In this document: positions 36,001 to 47,985 of the stretch, piece by piece | Numbering within the stretch: position 1 is the stretch's first letter | How the letters are laid out: every line of letters starts with the position of its first letter | Assembly (NCBI GenBank): GCA_002269645.1 | Contig: NIVC01000280.1 | Span: forward strand, 62,001-126,000 | Length of the DNA: 64,000 bases | Origin: Macrostomum lignano | Lineage: Eukaryota | Direction of reading: 5' to 3' | The notes under the pieces: model-generated | The model's input: only the letters and a program-made list of their open reading frames with translations | Told to the model about the DNA's origin: nothing | The model's database searches: none | Position numbers and translations under genes: made by a program

Positions 36001-39000
36001 TGTCAGACACAGATATGTCAGATACAGATATGTCAGGTACGGATATATCAGATACAGATTTGTCAGACACAGACATGTCAGACACAGATATGTCAGACAC
36101 AGACATGTCAGACACAGATATGTCAGACACAGATATGTCAGACACAGATATGTCAGACACAGATAATGTATTCCTTGCTGTGTGTGCTCAGGAACCAATG
36201 GACAGCTGATTGTTCTTCTATCATCTTGAGTGTGTAGCGAACTATCTAACTGACCTCACCTGTAACAGAGCTCGCATTTCTCGCTGTCCTATTACTGCCC
36301 AAAGCGCCTGTCGGATGGTCGAGCAGATTTTTTGTTAGCGCCATTTTCACCTCGAAGATGACGGCTTTCATCCAGATGCACAGGTTGGTCACAATCAGGT
36401 GGGCCAATGCGAACTTCACCGCGCTCGGATACACGGAAACCACAACCTGAAGAATTTGAACTTGATATTCATTCAAGCTACTGATAGTAGAAATGCAAGA
36501 ATAAGGTTCTAATTAAATGCGGTGACAAAAAAGTGCATCTCGTCGCTCGCATCCGGGTCTGGTCTTCTTCTGCAGAGTTCTTTCCCTCATTCCACTCCTC
36601 CACTTTACCCTTGTCTTTAGCAGAAAAAAGATTCGCAAAGAGAAGAAACGGCTGCAATAATTGCTATTAGGAGAAGACTTCGGCGACTTCAAACGAATCT
36701 TAGCGGCCCCGTTGGCAATCTATCCATTTCTGCGTTTGTAAATATCTTTTCAGCAGCAGCCATGCACTGTGCAGATAAACAAATAGATAAAAATCCAACA
36801 AGAAATCTTAAGTAGCTTATGCACTTTCACTGCACTGTGAGAGGGCGACGGATGAGGCTAAAGGGGGAGACAGGTGAGGCTAAAGGCAGACGGGTGAGGC
36901 TACAGGGGAGACAGGTGAGGCTACAGGGGAGACAGGTGAGGCTACAGGGGAGACAGGTGAGGCTACAGGAGGAGACAGGTGAGGCTACAGGGGAGACAGG
37001 TGAGGCTACAGGGGGAGACAGGTGAGACTACAGGCAGACAGGTGAGGCTACAGGGTAGACAGGTGAGGCTACAGGCAGACAGGTGAGGCTACAGGAGAGA
37101 CAGGTGAGGCTACAGGGGGAGACAGGTGAGGCTACATGGGGAGACAGGTGAGGCTACAGAGGGAGACAGGTGAGGCTACATGGGGAGACAGGTGAGGCTA
37201 CATGGGGAGACAGGTGAGGCTACATGGGGAGACAGGTGAGGCTACAAGGCAGACAGGTGAGGCTACAAGGCGGACAGGTGAGGCTACAGGGGGAGACAGG
37301 TGAGGCTACAGGCAGACAGGTGAGGCTACATGGGGAGACAGGTGAGGCTACAGGGGGAGACAGGTGAGGCTACATGGGGAGACAGGTGAGGCTACATGGG
37401 GAGACAGGTGAGACTACATGGGGAGACAGGTGAGGCTACAAGGCAGACAGGTGAGGCTACATGGGGAGACAGGTGAGGCTACAAGGCGGACAGGTGAGGC
37501 TACAGGGGGAGACAGGTGAGGCTACATGGGGAGACAGGTGAGGCTACATGGGGAGACAGGTGAGGCTACATGGGGAGACAGGTGAGACTACATGGGGAGA
37601 CAGGTGAGGCTACATGGGGAGACAGGTGAGGCTACATGGGGAGACAGGTGAGGCTACAAGGCAGACAGGTGAGGCTACAAGGCAGACAGGTGAGGCTAAA
37701 AGGCAGACAGGTGAGGCTACAGGGGGAGACAGGTGAGGCTACAAGGCAGACAGGTGAGGCTACAGGCAGACAGGTGAGGCTACAGGGGGAGACAGGTGAG
37801 GCTACAGGCAGACAGGTGAGGCTACAGGCAGACAGGTGAGGCTACAGGCAGACAGGTGAGGCTACAGGCAGACAGGTGAGGCTACAGGCAGACAGGTGAG
37901 GCTACAGGCAGACAGGTGAGGCTACAGGGGGAGACAGGTGAGGCTACATGGGGAGACAGGTGAGGCTACATGGGGAGACAGGTGAGGCTACAAGGCAGAC
38001 AGGTGAGGCTACAGGAGAGACAGGTGAGACTACAGGCAGACAGGTGAGGCTGCAGGGGAGACAGGTGAGGCTACAGGAGAGACAGGTGAGGCTACAGGAG
38101 AGACAGGTGAGGCTACATGGGGAGACAGGTGAGGCTACATGGGGAGACAGGTGAGGCTACAAGGCAGACAGGTGAGGCTACAAGGCAGACAGGTGAGGCT
38201 ACAGGGGGAGACAGGTGAGGCTACAGGCAGACAGGTGAGGCTACAAGGCTACACATTTTCTCTCAGACTTGTTCTCTCGCTTTTAGCGTTTCCTTCTGCA
38301 TCTTTTAGATTCTTTTCTCCAAAAATGCTCTCGAGCGGGGACAGCCTCTGAGAGCTTTGAGATTTTATTAATTATTAATGAGCTCCTATATCGAGCGGCG
38401 CTGACCATTACCAGCTAGTGCAGAACTGGCTCACCCTGTGGCTCTTGAACAGATGAAACGTCTGCAGCAGGATGAACAGCAGGTGGACCAGCAGCTGCAC
38501 CTGCCACAGGTTACTGCGGCAATGGGCGGCTCCTCCGGCTGCTGCCAGCGGCTGCTCAACCGTGTCCGCCAGCTTGAATGCGTCGTGAATGATCACCCCG
38601 AATCCGAAGACTGCGAGCGAATGGGAGTTGAGAAAACTGCTGATGAGAAATCGAGTGGATTGCTAGTCTAGCCTATCAATAGGAATGGAATGGATTGCTA
38701 GTCTAGCCTATCAATACGGATAGAATGGATTGCTAGTCTAGCCTATCAATAGGAATGGAATGGATTGCTAGTCTAGCCTATCAATACGGATAGAATGGAT
38801 TGCTAGTCTAGCCTATCAATACGGATAAAATGGATTGCTAGTCTAGCCTATCAATAGGAATGGAATGGATTGCTAGTCTAGCCTATCAATAGGAATAGAA
38901 TGGATTGCTAGTCTACCCAACCAGCCAGTCCAGTAAGAATGACTAAAATTTCATATACACGAATGATCCGAATGCATATTTTTTCATCAAACTGAGCTGA

Positions 39001-41965
39001 TTAGCAAGTTAAGAAGACAGACATTCTTCTTCTGAGCTGAGAGTGCAAGCAGAAACCTGGATGGCGCTGACTTGGCCCAGACAGACAGACAGGCCGGCAG
39101 AGAGAGGGAAGAAGAGGAGGCAGACCCGCCTGTCAAGTGTCGCATGTCCCCAGATGCATCCAAGCAGGCTGCTTCAGCCTCCTCTGTTTCACTTTAATCT
39201 GCTTTTTTTCTGACGAGACATGTTGGCAGAGAAATTATGATGAGCGCTGCGTTGATGAGACATCAGTTTTAAAAAGCAGCTCAACCCAACCAGTGGAAAA
39301 ATCGCCCCTTTGATGTGACGAAAGGTTTTGGGCGGTACTCGCATAAACAGAGACAGGAGCTAATTAAGCAAAACAGGAGAAGAAAGTTCTTGTCACAATT
39401 AATTAGCAAATTAGAAGTACGATTCAAAATTTAATCAGAAACCAGATGTGAGATAGGTGAGATACCGGATGTGCGGCTGATTAGATACCGTATGTGAGCC
39501 AGGTGAGATACCGGTGGTGTGACAGGTGAAATACCGTATGTGAGACTGGTGAGATACCGGATGTGAAAATGGTGGGATACCGGATGTGGGACAGGTGAGA
39601 TACCGGATGTGAGACTGGTGAGATACCGGATGTGAAAATGGTGGGATACCGGATGTGCGACTGGTGAGATACCGGATGTGGGACAGGTGAGATACCGGAT
39701 GTAGGACAGGTGAGATACCGGATGTGGGACAGGTGAGATACCAGATGTGAGACAGATTATTTTACAGGTAAGCAGTTAAATATGAAAGAAGCTCATTCAT
39801 AGCCGCTCACTGATGACTCCCAGCCGCATGTACAGGTTGATGCCCTCAGACGACATCCAAACTGCTGGCGTCTGTCGCTCCCGCCGACGCTCGCTCTGTT
39901 GTCGACGTCGCCGAGCGTCCACCTTGTCGAGCCAGCTGCCAAATCGATGACGCGCTCGCACCAGCAGCGAGCGGACAGCGCCCTGAATCCTCGCCCGGAC
40001 GCCTTCGGCCGCGTCTGTGACGTCATTCTGAGCGTCGGCGTTGACCTCCTCGTCGGCGACTTCGCAGTCGAGAACGGCGGACCCGTTGGTGGCTTCCACG
40101 GCGGCCAGCTGCAACTGCTGCTGCCGCTTGTCTTCCCGGAATCGGTAGATGACCAGGCTGATGAAGGCCAGGAAGGCCAAGCCAGTGGTGTGCATGTAGA
40201 GGTAGAAGGCCTTGTGGGCGGATCGAGATATTGGCGATTTTATAGGAGCTAGCTGTCTAAAAGTACAAACTCGATTGTGATGCGGAATCTAGATGCGGTT
40301 TGCAACAATTCAGGGTCTTAGATTCGAGTACTCGGTCAGTTTTATTCTGGCTACTTTGGCATCGGCAATTCCTGAATCATGTGTTCGGACGCATCAGGTT
40401 CAAGGACTCGGACAACTCAAGGACATCTGAGGGTCATGGATTCGAACACCTCAGGGCTTGGACTTAAACATCTCAGCATTCAGGGATTCGGACACTCAGC
40501 ATGATAGATTCGGACACCTTAGCATGACGGATTCGGACAGTCGACATGATAGATTCGGACACTCAGCATGATAGATTCGGACACCTTAGCATGACGGATT
40601 CGGACAGTCAACATGATAGATTCGGACACTCAGCATTATAGATTCGGACACCTTAGCATGACGAATCCGGACACTCAACATGATAGATTCGGACAACTCA
40701 GCATGATGGATTCGGACACTCAGCATTATAGATTCGGACACTCAGCATGATAGATTCGGACACTCAGCATGATGGATTCGGACACCTCAGCATGATAGAT
40801 TCGGACACTCAGCATGATAGATTCGGACACTCAGCATGATAGATTCAGACACCTCAGCATGATAGATTCGGACACTCAGCATGATGGATTCGGACACCTC
40901 AGCATGATAGATTCGGACACTCAGCACGATGGATTCGGACACTCAACATAATAGATTCGGACACTACAGGATCACGGATTCGGACAGTGCTGAATGTACT
41001 CAAATATTGTTGCGGTGCGCAAGCCAACGCATTTACACAAAGCTCAAAAGTACGAATGCAATGAATATTCCCAAGCAACCGTAGTCACAGAATGCAGCCC
41101 CTCCCCTCTCAAGCTGCCACAGCGGGGCCGGGGCGGAGGCCTGCAATCAGAAGCCATGCCTGCCCAGTCGCGTCGCGGACTGGCCGCCGGAGTGCCTGAG
41201 GAGCTCGCGCACGTATGAGCAGAAGTTATCGAGAGAGCGAGAGATAGAGAGAGAGAAGGAGCGGCCGACCTCGGAGCTCACCTTGGCCCGGCTCATTCCG
41301 GCCGAGTGGAAATGGAACAGATTGGCCGGGCAGGCGGACAGCTCGCATTATAATCAGGCACCCCCGCAGGGCAATATGCTACTCCAAGATTTTTAATCCC
41401 ATGAGCGGAGGTCGCGGGGCAGGCGGAGGGCGGGCGGTGCATTATACATAGAAATATTCCGCCCCGCCCCCCATGTTCCCGCGCTCGTCCCATCGGACAT
41501 CGAATTTTTGTTTTAACTGGCTCGATGGAAATTTCTTCTTTTCGATATGATTTTTCTGATCCGGGATGGAGAAGAGCTTCGGCATCGTTGAGCAGAAATT
41601 TTCCAGCTTCTGCGCATGACGGCACGTCATTTTCTCGTCCCAGCGATCATATATATTTTATTATCCCATTTTCGGATAAAGTCCAAAGGGTTGGAGCACG
41701 AAAAGCAATGAAAGGCATTGGGGGGGTCTGAAGGGATGAGATGCCTGATCCGGGATTTCAAAGCCTTTGAGGAAGAGCGCTCGAATCCTCCATGAGTCTC
41801 TACGAATCCTTTGAGAACGACTCAAGTCTCACCTGGTCGTAGGTCTGGTGCTTGAGGGTCCCGCTGGCCAATCCGTCGCACACCGGGATGACCACGCCGA
41901 GCATAGTGAAGGTGATGCCGTACAGAACGATGAACGAATTCACCACGTCCTGCGAGCTCGAGGAG

Positions 41966-42000
<35 letters not shown>

Positions 42001-42074
42001 GTAGCCACCGCTGCGTTCGTCCTCAGTTTCGAAGACGCATTCGAGACTGCTGCGCAATTGGAGTTTGTCGCATG
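33055..42074 (-). CDS. OTOP: Otopetrin-family proton channel (first exon/start not located)
   Basis: Exons 42074?-41833, 40210-39811, 38610-38435, 36446-36260, 34979-34228 and 33315-33055, phases consistent. Motifs FYLYM, NLYMRLG..FG, LQTFHLFK, FALAHLIVTNLCIWMK, FLYPCAVEY, CHKSHKGLFFG, RKPAR..I.LLVANLAMW and LPMIIFFRFHSTVCLSEIWK. Confidence 0.92.
33405..33990. repeat. 19-20-bp minisatellite in the last otopetrin intron
   Basis: Unit GG(A/G)ATCTACCGGTTTCCAG. Confidence 0.9.
34985..36165. repeat. 15-bp minisatellite in an otopetrin intron
   Basis: Unit CAGA(C/T)ACAGATATGT, about 79 copies; open in 5 of 6 frames. Confidence 0.95.
36852..38248. repeat. 19-22-bp minisatellite in an otopetrin intron
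   Basis: Unit on + GGAGACAGGTGAGGCTACAGG and variants, about 65 copies. Confidence 0.95.
38655..38915. repeat. 35-bp minisatellite, about 7 copies
   Basis: Unit GATTGCTAGTCTAGCCTATCAATAGGAATGGAATG. Confidence 0.9.
39443..39755 (+). repeat. 23-bp minisatellite, arm 1 of an inverted pair
   Basis: Unit GGATGTGAGACAGGTGAGATACC. Confidence 0.92.
40487..40988. repeat. 22-bp minisatellite
   Basis: Unit GGACACTCAGCATGATAGATTC. Confidence 0.92.
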
Positions 42075-42104
42075 CTGATAGAGCTTTACAGAACTGACCA
42101 CAGG

Positions 42105-42628
42105 TCCGGTATCTCACCTGTCTCACATCCGGTATCTCACCATTCACTCATCCGGTATCTCATCAGTCGCACATCCGGTATCTCACCTGTCTTACATCCG
42201 GTATCTCACCTGTCTCACATCCGGTAATCTCACCTATCTCACATCCGTCACATCCGGTAATCTCACCTATCTCACATCTGGTATCTCACCTGGCTTACAT
42301 CCGCGGTATCTCACCAGTCTCACATCCGGTATCTCACCTGTCTCACATCCGGTATCTCACCTGTCTCACATCCGGTATCTCACCTGTCTCACATCCGGTA
42401 TCTCACCTGTCTCACATCCGGTATCCCACCTGTCTCACATCCGGTATCTCACCAGTCTCACATCCGGTGTCTCCCCTGTCTCACATCCGGTATCTCACCT
42501 GTCTCACATCCGGTAATCTCACCTATCTCACATCCGGTATCTCACCTGTCTTACATCCGCGGTATCTCACCAGTCTCACATCCGGTGTCTCCCCTGGCTC
42601 ACATCCGGTATCTCACCAGTCTCACATC
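42105..42628 (-). repeat. 23-bp minisatellite, arm 2 of an inverted pair
   Basis: Unit on + GGTATCTCACCTGTCTCACATCC, the exact reverse complement of the 39443-39755 unit. Confidence 0.92.
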
Positions 42629-43409
42629 GGGCATCTTCCCAGTGCTGTCTTTCCATTTTTAATTTTTCTGCAATCACGAAAATATAGTCGCAAAAGCCAG
42701 TAGCAAAAATTGTTAAGCAAGAACCGACTTAGCAAGGAACCAGAGAGACGGCCAAGGAGCCAGCCACAAGCTTCGGATTAAATTTCCTTTAGTCACGAAC
42801 CCGTCAATCATTTAGACGAGAGTTATATTTTGATTAATGTACTGATTGTACAGTGTAACAGCAGTAAAGATTCTTTGCGATTTCAGGACTGAGAGAAGTT
42901 TTGAATTAGTTCTATTTCTCACCAGGGAAACTCTGTTGCCATACGTACATAGATCATTTGTCTTTGAGCTGCACTCAGCCTATATGAGTTGTTGAAATCA
43001 GTTTTAATGTTGTTTCATGCCGCTTTGCAGTTCATTCTTTGATGCTCAACCAAAAGCCAAAGATACAAGTTAATTAATACTGTCTGACAGGCGAGGCGAG
43101 TGCAGTGAAATTTCTATCGGAAATCAATTTGACCTTTAGGCGATGATGCAGGTATCGATTAGCCAAGTCAATTTCACCATGTGAGCGATAAATTTTGCTG
43201 CAGGGAAAAAGACAAACTTGGAGTAATTGAAAGCGCTGGCATTCGTTACTGGACGACAGGAAAGAAGTTTCTATTGAATATTTTCAGAAGCTGCCCTGGC
43301 TTAATCCAGGGTTCCAGGAAATTTGATGACCAAAGGAAGGATTTCGGGAGCTTTATTGACCTACAGAAGGGTTTGAGGACCTGTGGTGACCCACTGAAGA
43401 GTTTTATTG

Positions 43410-44215
43410 AGTGAAGTGATCTACAGAAGAGTCTTAGAGGGTGAAGTGATCTACCGAAGAGGTTTAGAGAGTGAAGTGATCTACAGAAGAGTCTTAGAGA
43501 GGGAAGTGATCTACAGAAGAGTCTTAGAGAGTGAAGTGATCTACAGAAGAGGTTTAGAGAGTGACTAGCAATCTAGTGCCCCCCTTCGGGGCGCCCAATA
43601 AGCGACCGACCGAAATTATTTATGGGAATCCTATTTGACTTGACACCTAAACAATTCCCCCGTAAGCCTCGACATCTCAGCAATTCCCCCCGTAAGCCTT
43701 GACATCTCAGCAATTCCCCCCGTAAGCCTTGACATCGCAGCAATTCCCCCAGTAAGCCCTGACATCTCAGCAATTCCCCCAGTAAGCCTTGACATCTCAG
43801 CAATTCCCCCAGTAAGCCTTGACATCTCAGCAATTCCCCAGGTAAGCCTTGACATTGCAGCAATGATCTACAGAAGAGTTTTAGAGAGTGAAGTGATCTA
43901 CGGAAGAGTTTTAGAGAGTGAAGTGATCTACAGAAGAGTTTTAGAGAGTGAAGTGATCTACGGAAGAGTTTTAGAGAGTGAAATGATCTACGGAAGAATT
44001 TTAGAGAGTGAAGTGATCTACAGAAGAGTTTTAGAGAGTGAAGTGATCTACCGAAGAGTTTTAGAGAGTGAAGTGATCTACAGAAGAGTTTTAGAGAGTG
44101 AAGTGATCTACCGAAGAGTTTTAGAGAGTGAAGTGATCTACAGAAGAGTTTTAGAGAGTGAAGTGATCTACAGAAGAGTTCTAGAGAGTGGAGTGATCTA
44201 CCGAAAAGATTAAGA
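43410..44215. repeat. 30-bp minisatellite interrupted by an insert carrying a second 30-bp minisatellite
   Basis: Outer unit GAGTGAAGTGATCTACAGAAGAGTTTTAGA (43410-43564 and 43864-44215); inner unit GACATCTCAGCAATTCCCCCAGTAAGCCTT (43650-43862). Confidence 0.9.
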
Positions 44216-45974
44216 GGCTGCAGTGATTTACTGAAGAGTTCAAAGGACTGCATTTCCCATACAACTGGTGAGAAAAATCAAATTTTGCCGACAGAGTATG
44301 ATATGCAACTCACTCCACCTCCGCCAATTGTATTGTATCGCCAGGTGCCTCGGTTGCAGCAGGTCTGTCTTCCCGTTCCATGCTTCCCGGTCGGGATGTA
44401 CTGAGTATCAGCTATAAAGCAAAGCGCAATCAACAGGTTCTCTATGCGGATGTCCTATACGGATTTCTCTGTTCTATTCACCGACTCTCCCTGCCTCTCA
44501 TAGTTCTCAGAGCTCTCAGTTCAGTTGCTGATCGACTGACTATAAGAGCTGAGCGAAAAAGCTAAGCCTCCACGTTCATTGAGCTGGAGACTCAGTTTTA
44601 TTTAAACACTAGCGTGGCAATTCCGCACTTCTTGGGTTGCTGCCTCTGGCGCGCGGAAAGCTGAGGACTGTCTGAAAACTGCCTCCCGGACACTTCCTTT
44701 CCATGCAGCTCTCCCTCAGTGGATTGGCTCCCAGTCCTTGCCTTAGCCCGTCAGCCCTGCCATTGGCACAGGGGGAGGCAGCGTCTCGGCTTCGCATGCA
44801 GCGCACAGTTTGCATTGCTAATTGAATCGGAGGACTCAAGGGGAAGCCAAGCTAACCGTGCGACGCCTGTGAAAGTAGGTCGATTGAGGGGTGTGACGCT
44901 GTTCATGAGGGAAAACTGTGCAACTCCCTAAGGAAGTTCACGATGCCTTGATTGTCTTTACTTGGCAGCACGATGTGTGTGTACTGACTGGTGCTGACAG
45001 ATGCTTTTTTCTAGTGCAGAAGTGTCTCTACAATGCTTGCTCAGAAGTATTACGCTTGCCTTTCACGGCAAAACCTTTTTGCTGTGGGTGCACATTAATG
45101 AAATGGTCCGGTGAGAAGTTAATTGTATACGGCAATGTTCTTACTCAACGCTTGACCAACGTCCTCGCGTGCAGAAATTAAAAGCCAAAGTCGCCAAAGC
45201 TGTCGGGACTGACTGAAAATTCAATGAAAATTCAAAATTGAACTGAAGTTGCCTCATATGCTCCACCCGAACCGTGCTCAGTCCGAGGGCTCACTATCAG
45301 TTAGGAACGGTCCAGCGTCAGTAGAAGTAAGTGGAGTCATCCAACACGAGAAGCCAATCAGTTAAAATTGCTATTCCTAATCAAGCCGATGCATATTCTA
45401 AGCAGGAGCGTTGAGGCACTAACTTTGCAAACCTACGAGCGGCTTCAGCATGCAGCTCAGAGAGTGATTGAGTACGAGAGCGCTGGATCCGATCTGCGTT
45501 AGGACGCTTTCAACCCAGCGTCCAGACGTTGACTTGCTCAAAGTGGAATTAATAAGCAACAGTAAGTAAAGATACTCGGGTTTGTCGCGTCTTCGTTGTA
45601 GTCTTTAGAGTGTATTGAGGAAGACCGTAGCAACGCTGAATCTGGAGAGCTAGAATGTATCAAGTTGGCTATGAAGCTACCCGCCAAGTTGAGTTGCAAA
45701 TTGCAACACTGAGCTTTGAATTGAAATATTACGAGTAGCTTGTCTGCGAGCTACAGTTAATAAATTCAATTTTTTCAAGATACTACTTACCTTAGTAGAG
45801 AAGTATGGACTGAGCTGAAGGATCAAAAAATCCTATGTACCTGATTTTGATAAAGCTATTGCCATTTTTTATGCAAATATTTTTAATTAAGTTTGCTGCG
45901 TCCTGTAAACGGTTCACCCCATCATGCATCCTGCACAGTTGCAGTATATGAATCAATAATTCATACATAAAAGA

Positions 45975-46375
<401 letters not shown>

Positions 46376-47498
46376 TTTTAGTGTCCATGTCAGTTTTGTC
46401 CTGCCCGTCTTTCGCTCTTTTCACATGCAATTCCCAATATTCTGCGCTGCTCTATTTGCTTTCCCAGGCAGAGGCAGGGTTTATCTGACCCCAGGCCCAC
46501 CAGCCGCGGTGAGGCAAGTGGCCGGCAGAAGTGGCAGCTCGCTGCGCACTGCAGATTGCGCAGTGAGCTGGCCTCAGCCAAATCGGGGCACCGAAGCGAG
46601 GCAGGCACTGCATCCGTGATCGGCCATCTTCCTCCCTGCTGTGCCCCACTCCCCACATTTCCCTGATTGATGCACTTCCAAATGCCTCGCACTGGCAGGC
46701 CAGCACCAGCATACGCAGCCTCACAACTTTGGGGTTAGACAAGCAGCTTTCCAATCCTAGTGTGGGGCACCCGTTTTGCATACAGATGATCATTGGAATG
46801 CGTCATTGCTTCCAGTTTGCCCGGCTCGATTCCATTTAGAACGAATGATCGAATGGATCGCATTAAAAGTAGTAGCTAGTAGATTGTTTATTTACTGTTT
46901 TTTTATTTTTTTGAAATGCCTCTGTCAGCACAATGACAGTAAAGACAGTTTAGTTCATGACAGTCTACTAGCAGGGTAGAAGCAAGGAGAAAGTAGGTTG
47001 AGAAGATTGAGCTAATAGTGGAGCTAACTTGAGACCACAGCTCAGGCTCAGTGTGGCTCTTGTGCTCTATCTCTCACCTCAAGTTGCAGTGCTATGAACT
47101 GGTTTGAATGACGCAAATTCGCCCCAACTGCTAGCCAAGAGCCTGGCCTGCGCATTGACGACCGCTGTCAAAGCAAACACTGCAGCACTCGGGCGAGATG
47201 CGGGGAGACGCTGGAATGAGACGAAAATAAATGAACAGTCTGGATGCAAAACTCCTTCGCCACCCCCGTCGCTAACCGCCCAGCCCCCATCCACAGCGAG
47301 ACACTGAAGCTCTCAGCCCGGTCTGTTTACCGCCCGGCGCCCTTCGAAACGGTGCAACAACAAGAAACGCACACCCCAGCCCTGCCAGCTACAAAACTCT
47401 TTTAAATACAGATGAATGCACAGATAGGCAGCGTAAAAACAGACTCAAACTCTAAGCTTCCAGAACTTTTTAATCGAATCGAAGCAATCTCAATCAAG

Positions 47499-47985
47499 AT
47501 GACGTCAGCGACATGGCACGGATCTCACGGTGCAGCAACGGTTCTCGCGTTGATGACAGCGGCCCTGTGCTTAACCAGCGTTTCCAGCCTCACCTGCTAT
47601 AGCTGCGGCGTAGGCCTGTGCTCAGAAACCTTCGATGCCTCCTCGACATCGCAAGTGATTAGCGTGGGAAGCTCCGGATGCCAGCTGTGCTACGTAAGTC
47701 GGCAAGAATTGCGTGGCTGATTTTGTAGATTGTTTCATATCGATTGCATTCTAACAGCACCAATTCGGATTGCATTTACAGAAAGCTGTCGACAAAACTT
47801 CCAAGGCGATTAGTCGATACTGCGTCACGAACAGCCAGTGTCCAACAATCTACAACGCGGACGTTTACTGCTGCTCCGGCCGACTGTGCAACTCGGCTTT
47901 GAGGACTGGCTTCAGCGGCGCTTCCACACAGCTATTCGTGGGCCTTCTGGCCTGCGTGACTCTGATGTTGCGGCTGCTGACCTAA
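47499..47985 (+). CDS. Ly6/uPAR (three-finger) GPI-anchored protein
   Basis: Exons 47499-47693 and 47782-47985 (88-nt intron, phase 0), 132 aa. Signal peptide, LTCYSC, 10 cysteines, CCSGRLCN, hydrophobic GPI-type tail. Confidence 0.88.

Noticed and set aside
41293-41731. Independent small genes inside the otopetrin intron
   Set aside because: No recognisable motifs, ORFs overlap on both strands, and there is no coherent splice model.
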